Part shown: positions 56,666-64,000 of the stretch, one piece after another
Layout of the letters: each line of letters starts with the position of its first letter
How positions within the stretch are numbered: position 1 is the first letter of the stretch
Assembly (NCBI GenBank): GCA_041737385.1
Contig: JBGSRU010000002.1
Location: 333,437 to 397,436 of the forward strand
Source of the DNA: Candidatus Saccharimonadales bacterium
GTDB lineage: Bacteria; Patescibacteriota; Saccharimonadia; Saccharimonadales; SZUA-47
Length of the DNA: 64,000 nt
Reading direction: 5' to 3'
Position numbers and translations under genes: made by a program
The notes under the pieces: generated by a model
Told to the model about the DNA's origin: nothing
Database searches by the model: none
The model's input: the letters and a program-made list of their open reading frames with translations, nothing else

Positions 56666-56695
56666 CAATAGTGAAAGAGTTCGACTCTTATTAGG
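56666..56695 (+). repeat. degenerate copy of the tRNA-Glu 3' half (T-arm-like hairpin AAGAG-TTCGA-CTCTT)
   Basis: CAATA…GAGTTCGA.TCT…TT.GG is collinear with the tRNA variable loop, T-arm and acceptor. It lies 63 nt after the tRNA. Confidence 0.5.
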
Positions 56696-56737
56696 TGTAT
56701 AATGTGGTAAATGAATAAAAAACTAACTATATAGTCT

Positions 56738-57259
56738 ATGGCGAATGAAATTTTATTCGAAACAACTATCGATAAATACGATTTTGGACCGTACTTTTAT
56801 ACAGTTGTTTATGTAGGCAGCGACATTACTGACCAGCTACCTATGGATAAGTATCCACGATTAAGAGTAGAGGCTACTGTTGACGGCTACCCTTCGAAGG
56901 GCGCGTTAATGCCTGACAAGATAGGCTCAAAACAAACAGAGCACCTGCTGAATAAAAGTTACACGAAACGTGGTGAAAGAATCTGGTATTTTCAGGTACC
57001 GAAGAAAGTACTTAAAGAAATATCGAAAGAACTTGGTGATTCTGTAGAGGTCAAAATAAGTGTGGGTAATCAAGATGAGGTCGAAATTCATCCAGCAATG
57101 GAGGATTTCTTAAGAGAAAACGATACAGTTAATCAAAAATGGGAAACATTGACTCCAGGAAAAAAGCGATCTTTAGCATACCCTGTGTTGAAAGCAAAAA
57201 CAGATATAACACTCGAGAAAAGACTTATAGAACTAGAGGAAGCATTACTCAACCTATGA
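56738..57259 (+). CDS. DUF1905 + YdeI/OmpD-associated-like protein
   Basis: N-terminal DUF1905-like beta domain. The C-terminal TPGKKRSLAYPVLKAKTDITLEKRL resembles the YdeI C-terminal motif. Confidence 0.55.
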   Translation: MANEILFETTIDKYDFGPYFYTVVYVGSDITDQLPMDKYPRLRVEATVDGYPSKGALMPDKIGSKQTEHLLNKSYTKRGERIWYFQVPKKVLKEISKELGDSVEVKISVGNQDEVEIHPAMEDFLRENDTVNQKWETLTPGKKRSLAYPVLKAKTDITLEKRLIELEEALLNL

Positions 57260-57421
57260 CAATCATTCCTTGAGAGGTTTTTTATAATTGAATCTCAAAA
57301 TAACTCTACAACAAACAATACTTTTCTTACGCTATGAGGCTCAGAAGCCTCTAAGCAAAAACGTATTTGGAGATTATATTCTTAAACTAATGATGCAAGA
57401 AATATAGACAATTAAAAACTA

Positions 57422-58096
57422 TTAGTTTATTTTACAGAATCTTTTAAAGTAATTTTGAAATTCAACTGCTGCTTTGTAGTCTTCTAGTATCGAAGGTAGT
57501 AAATCGTCTGATAGTGCTAAATCAATTGGATACTCTTTTCCATAAGTCCAAGTTTTATTTAAAATATACGGGTTTTTATTCAGTGAGCCTTCAAACTCTT
57601 TGGGAACTCGTTTGTTTCGTTCGCCGTTTACTCCACCCCAATGTTTATTAAATGTTTTTGACTTAATTATTTTCATAAATTCTTCTGGGTTTTCAGCCAT
57701 TGCTGATTGTATTTTATTTTTAATTGATGTACCGGGCATATACATGCCGCCTAATACTTGGATGTTATCTACGACTCCTAGAGATATCAAGTAGCCAGGC
57801 CAGGTGAATGTATCTGATTTATTAATTCCAAAAGCAACAGCCATGTTAGTCCGGTATGGTGCTTTATCTTTGCTGAAACGAACGTCTTTATTGATCCTAA
57901 GCATCGCATTCGGTCCATCAACTTCTATGTCTTGGTCAATCTTTTTCATACCTTCAAGCAAATCTGTACTAAATTTCTTAAACGGATCTCTGACAAACAT
58001 TTCGTACCCACTTCGATGCTCGTCAAACCACTCCTTATTATTATTCAGTGTTAAATTACCAAAAAATTCTATATATTTATTTGTAAAGTATTTCAT
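57422..58096 (-). CDS. DUF2461 (TIGR02453) family protein
   Basis: FFGNLTLNNNKEWFDEHRSGYE…RINKDVRFSKDKAPYRT pattern. Confidence 0.7.
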   Translation of the reverse strand: MKYFTNKYIEFFGNLTLNNNKEWFDEHRSGYEMFVRDPFKKFSTDLLEGMKKIDQDIEVDGPNAMLRINKDVRFSKDKAPYRTNMAVAFGINKSDTFTWPGYLISLGVVDNIQVLGGMYMPGTSIKNKIQSAMAENPEEFMKIIKSKTFNKHWGGVNGERNKRVPKEFEGSLNKNPYILNKTWTYGKEYPIDLALSDDLLPSILEDYKAAVEFQNYFKRFCKIN

Positions 58097-58129
58097 GTAA
58101 TTATCATAGCTAAATAAAAATATATTTGC

Positions 58130-58150
58130 AATACGATACCGTATCGTATT
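58130..58150. promoter_or_regulatory. perfect palindrome AATACGATAC-C-GTATCGTATT, candidate TetR operator
   Basis: 10-bp arms, 12 nt upstream of the MFS start, overlapping a TATTAT -10-like hexamer. A TetR gene is the next gene downstream of the MFS gene. Confidence 0.55.
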
Positions 58151-58161
58151 ATCATTTATTT

Positions 58162-59682
58162 ATGGAAATATTTACAAGATCTAACTCAAAACAAGCAATA
58201 CAAAAAAAGCGCTGGCTCATCCACGCAGTCATGAGTAGTGGGCTTTTACTCGTAATCATGTCAGTAAGCTCATTAAATGTCGCTATACCGACTTTAGTAC
58301 GCGAACTTGGGACTACATCAACTCAACTACAATGGATATTAGACAGTTACGCATTAGTCTTTGCAGGGCTACTATTTTTAGCCGGTTCAATTGGAGATAG
58401 ATATGGCAGAAAAGGTGCATTTCTAGCTGGAATGAGCGTTTTCGGAATTGCAAGTATCTTCGCTGGTTTAGCCGATACACCTCAACAGTTAATTGCAAGC
58501 CGTGCTCTGATGGGAGCTGGTGCAGCTTTTATTATGCCGGCAACACTGTCAATTATTGCAAACGTATTCACAGACAAAAGAGAACGAGCAAAAGCGGTAG
58601 CTATGTGGGCTGGGTTTGCTGGAGCGGGCGGTGCTATTGGCCCCGTAGTTGCTGGTACTTTACTCGAGTTCTTTTGGTACGGCTCAATATTTTTCGCTGC
58701 AATACCCGTTGTTATACTCTCTATGGCTTTGACAGTGTTATTCGTGCCGACCTCGATGGATCCTGAACATGAAAAACTCGATTGGACAGGTGCACTACTT
58801 TCAGTGGCAACAATCGGTGCATTACTCTACACCATTATCGAAGCGCCCGTTTACGGATGGGCTAGTATACACACACTTATCTCAGCGATTATTAGTATCG
58901 TCTTGTTTATTCTGTTTATTTTATGGGAGCGTAGAGTCAAACATCCTATGCTGCCACTTAGTTTCTTTTCATCTAAAAGATTTTCTATCGGTAGTTTGAC
59001 TTTAGTACTCACGTTCTTTGGATTATTTGGTTTGTTTTATGTCTTGACGCAATACTTGCAGTTTGTACAGGGTTATACAGCGCTGGAAGCGGCAATACGC
59101 ACATTGGTTATTGGTGGAGCATTAGTAGCTGTTTCTAAATACGTGACAAACTTTGAAGAGAAACTTGGGACACGAAAAGTTCTTACAGGAGGACTTATTA
59201 TTGTTGGCATTGCTTTTGTAATGCTAGCGCAATTAAACGCAGACACTTCAGTCTGGTATATTTTGGCTAGCTTAACAGTACTTGGAGGCGGCATGGGACT
59301 TGCAATGCCGACTGCTACAGAAGCTATTATAGGTTCTGTGCCAACTAGAAAAGCCGGGGTTGGTTCAGCAATGAATGACACAACACGTGAATTTGGAGGT
59401 GCACTTGGCATAGCGGTATTTGGAAGCTTACTTGCTTCTAACTATAGCTCAAACATCGCAAGTTCTCTATCAAATTTACCACAAGAAGCGCTAAAAACTG
59501 CTGAATCTTCAATTGGTGGGGCTTATGCAATTGCTGAAACATTACCCGAACAGGCTAATACAATTATTATGGCTGCTAATACTTCATTTATAGATAGCTT
59601 ATCCGTCATAATGTACATTGGTGCCTCAGTCATGGTCTTGGCTGCATTAATTGCTTACAATCTTATGGTTGATAATAAATAA
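58162..59682 (+). CDS. MFS transporter, DHA2 (EmrB/QacA-like, 14-TMS) drug:H+ antiporter family
   Basis: GSIGDRYGRK (motif A-like), and many TM helices over about 500 aa. The start is set to ATG 58162. Confidence 0.8.
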   Translation: MEIFTRSNSKQAIQKKRWLIHAVMSSGLLLVIMSVSSLNVAIPTLVRELGTTSTQLQWILDSYALVFAGLLFLAGSIGDRYGRKGAFLAGMSVFGIASIFAGLADTPQQLIASRALMGAGAAFIMPATLSIIANVFTDKRERAKAVAMWAGFAGAGGAIGPVVAGTLLEFFWYGSIFFAAIPVVILSMALTVLFVPTSMDPEHEKLDWTGALLSVATIGALLYTIIEAPVYGWASIHTLISAIISIVLFILFILWERRVKHPMLPLSFFSSKRFSIGSLTLVLTFFGLFGLFYVLTQYLQFVQGYTALEAAIRTLVIGGALVAVSKYVTNFEEKLGTRKVLTGGLIIVGIAFVMLAQLNADTSVWYILASLTVLGGGMGLAMPTATEAIIGSVPTRKAGVGSAMNDTTREFGGALGIAVFGSLLASNYSSNIASSLSNLPQEALKTAESSIGGAYAIAETLPEQANTIIMAANTSFIDSLSVIMYIGASVMVLAALIAYNLMVDNK

Positions 59683-59697
59683 GTTATACTTAGTGAA

Positions 59698-60276
59698 ATG
59701 GACCAACAAGATACAAGAATAGAGCTGTCTAAAAACAAGATAACCGAAGCGGCATTGGAATGGATGCTAGCTGATGGTATGGACGCCCTAAGCATCGATG
59801 GTCTCGTTAAACGATCTGGCGTAGCAAAGACAACCATATATCGTCATTTTGAATCGATAAACGATATACTTGCAGACACCATAATTAAAACACTTCCAAA
59901 ACAAAAATCTGTTGATACTGGCTCTATTATTACCGATATGGAGTTATTACTTGGCTATACTCGTCAATCATTTGAATCTGCAACATGGGGAAAGTTACTT
60001 GCCGATATAGTAAAGAAAACAATTCAAGACGAAGAATTTAGAAAAATAAAAGGCAAACACATGGCCCAAATGATGGATCCAATGAGAGTTGCAATAAAAC
60101 GCAGTATAGATAGGGGGGAAATTAACCCAGACATTCCAACTGAGAATGTTATTGTGCATATGATTGGGCCATGCTATTACGCCCATTTTGAATGTCCAGA
60201 TCTGTATAGAACAAAAAAAGACATCGATTTGATTGTGCACAACTCTTTGTCAGAATACTTAGTAAATAACCAGTAA
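59698..60276 (+). CDS. TetR/AcrR-family transcriptional regulator
   Basis: N-terminal HTH: LSIDGLVKRSGVAKTTIYRHFES. Confidence 0.85.
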   Translation: MDQQDTRIELSKNKITEAALEWMLADGMDALSIDGLVKRSGVAKTTIYRHFESINDILADTIIKTLPKQKSVDTGSIITDMELLLGYTRQSFESATWGKLLADIVKKTIQDEEFRKIKGKHMAQMMDPMRVAIKRSIDRGEINPDIPTENVIVHMIGPCYYAHFECPDLYRTKKDIDLIVHNSLSEYLVNNQ

Positions 60277-60292
60277 TGATTTTAAAAGTAAC

Positions 60293-60871
60293 ATGATAGA
60301 GACTGATAATTTTGAAAAGGTCATAATAAGTTCTAAGCAAGAATTAAGAAACTGGCTCTTGAAAAATAATGGACAAAGCGAAAGTGTGTGGATAGTTACT
60401 TACATGAAGCATATTGGTGATTGTTACGTCTCTAAAGAACAAATACTTGACGAGGTACTATGTTTTGGCTGGGTAGATGGCATTAGACGTAAATTAAATG
60501 ATAACCAGACTATGCAGCTAATCAGTAAACGCAAAGCTCAACATTGGGCTAGGTCATACAAAAAAAGAGTAGAGAACTTGGCTACTGCAAACCTAATGCA
60601 TGAGTCAGGAATTAAAAGCGTGGAAGAAAGCAAATCAAGTGGGCTATGGAATTTTATGGATGACGTCGATGACTTGATACTTCCTAATGATCTTAAACAG
60701 GAATTACTGAAAGCCCCACCAGCCTATTCTAACTTCATGTCATTTAACAATTCTTCAGTGCGAAATATGTTACGCAGAATCAAATTGACTAAAACTGAAA
60801 AAACTAGGATAAAGTACATTCAGCAAACGGTAAACCTTGCTAAATTAAATAAAAAAGTACCACAAACCTGA
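60293..60871 (+). CDS. YdeI/OmpD-associated family protein
   Basis: ELRNWLLKN…VWIV…ILDEVLCFGWVDGIRRKLND pattern, and a C-terminal LRRIKLTKTEKTRIKYIQ. Confidence 0.6.
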   Translation: MIETDNFEKVIISSKQELRNWLLKNNGQSESVWIVTYMKHIGDCYVSKEQILDEVLCFGWVDGIRRKLNDNQTMQLISKRKAQHWARSYKKRVENLATANLMHESGIKSVEESKSSGLWNFMDDVDDLILPNDLKQELLKAPPAYSNFMSFNNSSVRNMLRRIKLTKTEKTRIKYIQQTVNLAKLNKKVPQT

Positions 60872-60905
60872 CAGCCATAGCAACTAATTAATTTTAAACT
60901 TTTAC

Positions 60906-61130
60906 CTATAAACAATGTAATTCATCTTTACACATTATTTCTTTATAGATACTATGATCTAATATATTATGTGAACCTTCCCACACACTACTTTTGTAAA
61001 TTATTGCTAGTTTTCTATATCTTAAGCCATTAAATGTCATTACTGTAATTCCTGTATGCTCAAGAATCTTAACTACTATCATCGCTTGCTCCCTGAGACT
61101 TCCATCATGATGATTTGGATTTATAGTCAA
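60906..61130 (-). CDS. small hypothetical ORF (doubtful)
   Basis: 74 aa with a non-ATG start. No convincing motif. Confidence 0.25.
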   Translation of the reverse strand: MTINPNHHDGSLREQAMIVVKILEHTGITVMTFNGLRYRKLAIIYKSSVWEGSHNILDHSIYKEIMCKDELHCL

Positions 61131-61511
61131 TACTTTAACACTTAGACCTCTCTTTATTTTTTACGAGCACATGTTAGTGAACCTGGTGGCTCAGAGCCTA
61201 GTTATGTATGAGCTCACAATAATAACTTCGCGTTTTGCTTTCTTTATATCGGTACTGAAAGCTTTAAACTAGGAGTATTCATCAAAAAGCTCTGACTAGA
61301 CAGGGAAGTGATCTCTTTTTCTAAACATCTTTAAATTCCTCGAATTTCTCAAGACGTTTATCAAGCTTAATTAAATCATCGTAAAGCGAGTTCCACCCAT
61401 TTGCCGGCAGGCTCACCAAATAAAGTAGGTCACAAAAGTGGCCTTTTTTATTTGATGTCCTGACGAGCGATCGAGCTAAAAGAGTTCGCTAATCCCCCGA
61501 ATCTTTGATTC

Positions 61512-61548
61512 AGACGGGCGGATTCTTCCTATCTAGTTGGGATCACCA
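61512..61548 (+). repeat. left copy of the ~46-nt direct repeat (AGACGGGCGGATTCTTCCTAT…GGATCACCA)
   Basis: 21-nt exact core shared with 63871-63891. Both copies end in GGATCACCA. Confidence 0.75.
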
Positions 61549-61555
61549 GTGTTAG

Positions 61556-61580
61556 AGCCTCACGTTTATGTGGGGCTTTT
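61556..61580 (+). terminator. terminator-like hairpin after repeat unit 1
   Basis: AGCCTCA, loop, TGGGGCT (one G-U pair), then TTT. Confidence 0.45.
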
Positions 61581-61680
61581 ACACTTGTGGTTTCACTTGT
61601 GAAACCGAACTCGAGAGTTCGTTCAGCACCCAATACTCAAGCTGCTGGTACTCTTCTCGTTGGGATCACCAACTTAAGCA

Positions 61681-61702
61681 CTCACCCCCGTGGTGAGTTT
61701 TT
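61681..61702 (+). terminator. rho-independent terminator after repeat unit 2
   Basis: CTCACC, loop CCCGT, GGTGAG, TTTTT. Confidence 0.7.
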
Positions 61703-61862
61703 AAATTCACAGCCTCATCGAGGTCGAGCCAGAAGAGTTCGTTATTTATCAGTCGCTACGCTACAGACGTGCAACATTCATTTTAATTTGAAAAATATCT
61801 CTACCTGTACACCGAATTACGCTATATACATGGAGGAATTAAACAATTATGATTGGGGTTGA

Positions 61863-62363
61863 ATGAATGAAAATGATTTCTATAAAAAACTCTTAAAAAA
61901 CTTACACCGATTCTTTATGTCAAAAACTTTTGATATATCATTAAGTGAAGATTTAACGAGCGAAGTATTACTAACTGTTTATGAGCAATTCAAGATACAG
62001 CAAGGAAATTCGAATATCAAGGATAGAGAGAAGTATGTATATGGTATCGCAAAAAATGTTTGGCTTAGGTACCTTAGGTCAAAGTACTCAAACTTAGTTG
62101 ATTATGTTGAGAACGTCGAAGATTTTGAAAAATATGTCCTAAATTCAGTCGAAGAATATGAAAAGATGTCAATAATCCATAGGGCAGTCCCTTTTATTGA
62201 ACAACTACCTGAAAAGCAAAAACAGATATTACTGTTAAGGTTCAGGGATGGAATGAGTCTCAAAGAAATATGCAAAGCGACTGGTTCAAATATGAACTAT
62301 GTTAAAACTACCCAGAAAAGAGGAATCGCCTCATTGAAGAATAATATCCAAGGAGATAAATGA
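61863..62363 (+). CDS. sigma-70 family (ECF-like) RNA polymerase sigma factor
   Basis: Region 2-like YGIAKNVWLRYLR. Region 4 HTH: LPEKQKQILLLRFRDGMSLKEICKATGSNMNYVKTTQKRGIASLK. Confidence 0.8.
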   Translation: MNENDFYKKLLKNLHRFFMSKTFDISLSEDLTSEVLLTVYEQFKIQQGNSNIKDREKYVYGIAKNVWLRYLRSKYSNLVDYVENVEDFEKYVLNSVEEYEKMSIIHRAVPFIEQLPEKQKQILLLRFRDGMSLKEICKATGSNMNYVKTTQKRGIASLKNNIQGDK

Positions 62364-63745
62364 TGGAAAACAATGATTTAGAAAAATTATTTTCAGGAGA
62401 ACAACTTGAACCAAGTAAAAAATTCGAAAAACAATTACTCAATAGGCTCAGTAAAGATGCTAAAAATCCAAAGATATGGTTTTTTTATAAGCTGAGCAGC
62501 GTATTAGTTATCACACTGATGCTCATAGGCGTAGCTCTTTATCAACCAAACTCTGATAATTTGAGCAATACAGTTCTTCTTAAAGAGCTATACCAAAAGG
62601 CGTTGGCGGATGAACTACCAGAGTCAAATGATGTAAACTTCTGGAAAATAATCGGAGGTACAACTTATGGAGCACAAGCACCTCTTTGCACAAATACTGA
62701 ATCGGGTGTTTCCTATCAGAAGCTTTCATTGCTGTATAAAAACAATCAAGAGTCTGCGTATTTTAATACCAGCACAGAGCAATATACACAACCGTATATG
62801 AATTATAGCGATGATTCTGATATTCCCGCCTACGATGATTCCGTATTCACCGGTGCAAATTCATACGTTGTTCAACAATATCTAGCAAATACTTATCTTA
62901 CAAACGAAAACGGCAATAAACTAACTGATAACGCAACAACAGAAGTTAAAACCGAAGGATCTTACCTCGTGTATGCCAAACTAGAAACACCAAGTTCGGA
63001 TGTAAAGAACTTCGTAGACGGATGTAATAATCTACAGATAAAAATTGAGATTGATGCAGAGACAGGATTATACGAGTCTATCTACATTTACAATGTTTCA
63101 AACAATAGTAAGTTAGATGAAGCAAACCTTAGTTTTTCGCTCTTTCAGCAGATTGAAACTGCTAGTTTCGCGAGCTTTTCTGATGTTGATGAAGAATTTA
63201 TCTCTGAGGGATTTGATCTTGAAACCGCACGATCAAATACCTTGAATAATTCCTACTCCCGAATAGTAAACAAAGAAGCAGGTTTCGAATTTTGGTATGA
63301 CAAACCACTGCTTGGCAAGTCAGAATTAAAATTAAGTCGTGATAATAACGGAAATGTGACGTCGTATCAATATGTCTTTTTGAAACATCCAGAAGTAACC
63401 TACATTATATACACATCATTCGCTAGAGACGTCATAAATTTGGAAGAGAAAATAGTTTTAGATAATCTAGAAGTTGTTACTAGAAACACTGGTGAGTTTA
63501 AGTTGCCCGGGTATGGAGAAGTAACGAGTACTTATTTGACAGCAAAAAATGACACTACAAAATACCAACTATCGATAACTGGCTCGACTGATATCATTGC
63601 GGTATATATTGAGGCTCCCCTTGAGCTGGGAGTATCAACAAAAGTAGATAAAAATGCCCCAGATTTTCCATATATAGAGGACAAAATATTGTCTATGATC
63701 GTCAGTGTATTTCCTCCTAATACAGACCCACCGAGTGGGCTATAA
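62360..63745 (+). CDS. single-pass membrane protein coupled to the sigma factor (putative anti-sigma/partner)
   Basis: ATGA overlap with the sigma gene. Short cytoplasmic N-terminus, a TM (YKLSSVLVITLMLIGVALY), and a large extracytoplasmic domain. Confidence 0.5.
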   Translation: MMENNDLEKLFSGEQLEPSKKFEKQLLNRLSKDAKNPKIWFFYKLSSVLVITLMLIGVALYQPNSDNLSNTVLLKELYQKALADELPESNDVNFWKIIGGTTYGAQAPLCTNTESGVSYQKLSLLYKNNQESAYFNTSTEQYTQPYMNYSDDSDIPAYDDSVFTGANSYVVQQYLANTYLTNENGNKLTDNATTEVKTEGSYLVYAKLETPSSDVKNFVDGCNNLQIKIEIDAETGLYESIYIYNVSNNSKLDEANLSFSLFQQIETASFASFSDVDEEFISEGFDLETARSNTLNNSYSRIVNKEAGFEFWYDKPLLGKSELKLSRDNNGNVTSYQYVFLKHPEVTYIIYTSFARDVINLEEKIVLDNLEVVTRNTGEFKLPGYGEVTSTYLTAKNDTTKYQLSITGSTDIIAVYIEAPLELGVSTKVDKNAPDFPYIEDKILSMIVSVFPPNTDPPSGL

Positions 63746-63870
63746 AATATCACAATCTGTAAGAAACTTAAGCCGATCAATATTGCATTATGTGTAGATA
63801 CAGACAAAAAGCATGATCTCTAGTCAAACAGAACCCTAAAGAGCCTGCTAAGCCTGCAAACTTTAGCTTA

Positions 63871-63907
63871 AGACGGGCGGATTCTTCCTATTCGCTCAGG
63901 ATCACCA
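63871..63907 (+). repeat. right copy of the ~46-nt direct repeat
   Basis: AGACGGGCGGATTCTTCCTAT, then TCGCTCAGGATCACCA. Confidence 0.75.
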
Positions 63908-64000
63908 AAGAAGAATTTTCAGACGATAAGGCTTTAGAAAAAGGATTCTTCTCTGTAAAAAAGGTGTGTTTCGTGTTTGAATTTTTATAATTTCATAGCT

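Larger units (their letters stand above)
56604..61671. mobile_element. candidate tRNA-Glu-associated genomic islet (no integrase seen)
   Basis: Bounded by an exact 18-nt direct repeat of the tRNA 3' end (56586-56603 = 61654-61671). The content looks accessory: YdeI-like x2, DUF2461, MFS efflux plus TetR. It looks more AT-rich by eye. Confidence 0.35.
61471..61760 (+). repeat. tandem array of three ~120-133-bp units built from tRNA-Glu T-arm/acceptor-like pieces
   Basis: TCGAG..AGAGTTCG(C/T)T occurs at 61471-61490, 61610-61623 and 61724-61743. Units 1 and 2 end in GTTGGGATCACCA (61536-48, 61659-71) followed by hairpins. Confidence 0.7.

Noticed and set aside
60906-61130. HicA-like toxin (presence of a GSH tripeptide)
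   Set aside because: The spacing and surrounding residues do not fit the HicA pattern. No antitoxin partner is adjacent, and the ORF has a non-ATG start.
61512-61548. A cryptic tRNA gene ending in GGGATCACCA
   Set aside because: Attempted cloverleaf folding fails. The would-be T-stem GATTC/CTAGT does not pair, and no 5' acceptor strand complementary to TGGGATC lies upstream. The same is true for the unit at 61596-61671.
61587-61862. 91-aa ORF upstream of the sigma factor
   Set aside because: It runs straight through the tRNA-derived repeat units and two terminator hairpins. It has a GTG start and no SD or promoter geometry, so it is almost certainly non-coding.

Overview
This is a gene-dense, compact bacterial window read in the standard code. 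Many gene ends overlap and there is no rRNA, CRISPR array, transposase or integrase that I can recognise. Gene content suggests a reduced-genome, Gram-positive-like lineage such as Saccharibacteria/CPR: an F1Fo ATPase, sortase, PEGA and LysM-CHAP envelope proteins, many orphan ORFs and mostly leaderless promoters. That assignment is inference only.

Recognisable core genes:
- a complete F-type ATP synthase cluster (atpB-E-F-H-A-G-D-C, minus strand, 18.2-26.3 kb)
- alr, smpB, pyrH, xth, rarA and gltX
- a VIT1 transporter, an aquaporin and a CPA-type antiporter
- a PBP5-like carboxypeptidase and a NOX/FRE-like flavocytochrome
- a sensor kinase with receiver-only regulators
- tRNA-Leu(CAA) and tRNA-Glu(CUC)

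Most notable observations:
1. Three unrecognisable ORFs are translationally wedged inside the ATP synthase operon, two between alpha and gamma and one between beta and epsilon. The delta subunit is also short.
2. A repeat-rich, structured non-coding locus sits upstream of tRNA-Glu. Downstream of that tRNA lies a stretch of about 7 kb that looks AT-rich by eye. It is punctuated by exact and degenerate copies of the tRNA-Glu ends, a tandem array of units of about 125 bp, and a direct repeat of about 46 nt flanking a sigma/anti-sigma cassette.
3. Promoter architecture is pervasive: TGnTAnnnT followed by 6-8 nt and then ATG, which predicts leaderless mRNAs.
4. A 520-aa orphan is start/stop-coupled to alanine racemase.
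5. A 730-aa orphan with a Tat-like signal shares a 19-nt upstream motif with the neighbouring antiporter.

All functional calls come from motif reading of the supplied translations. No database search was run.
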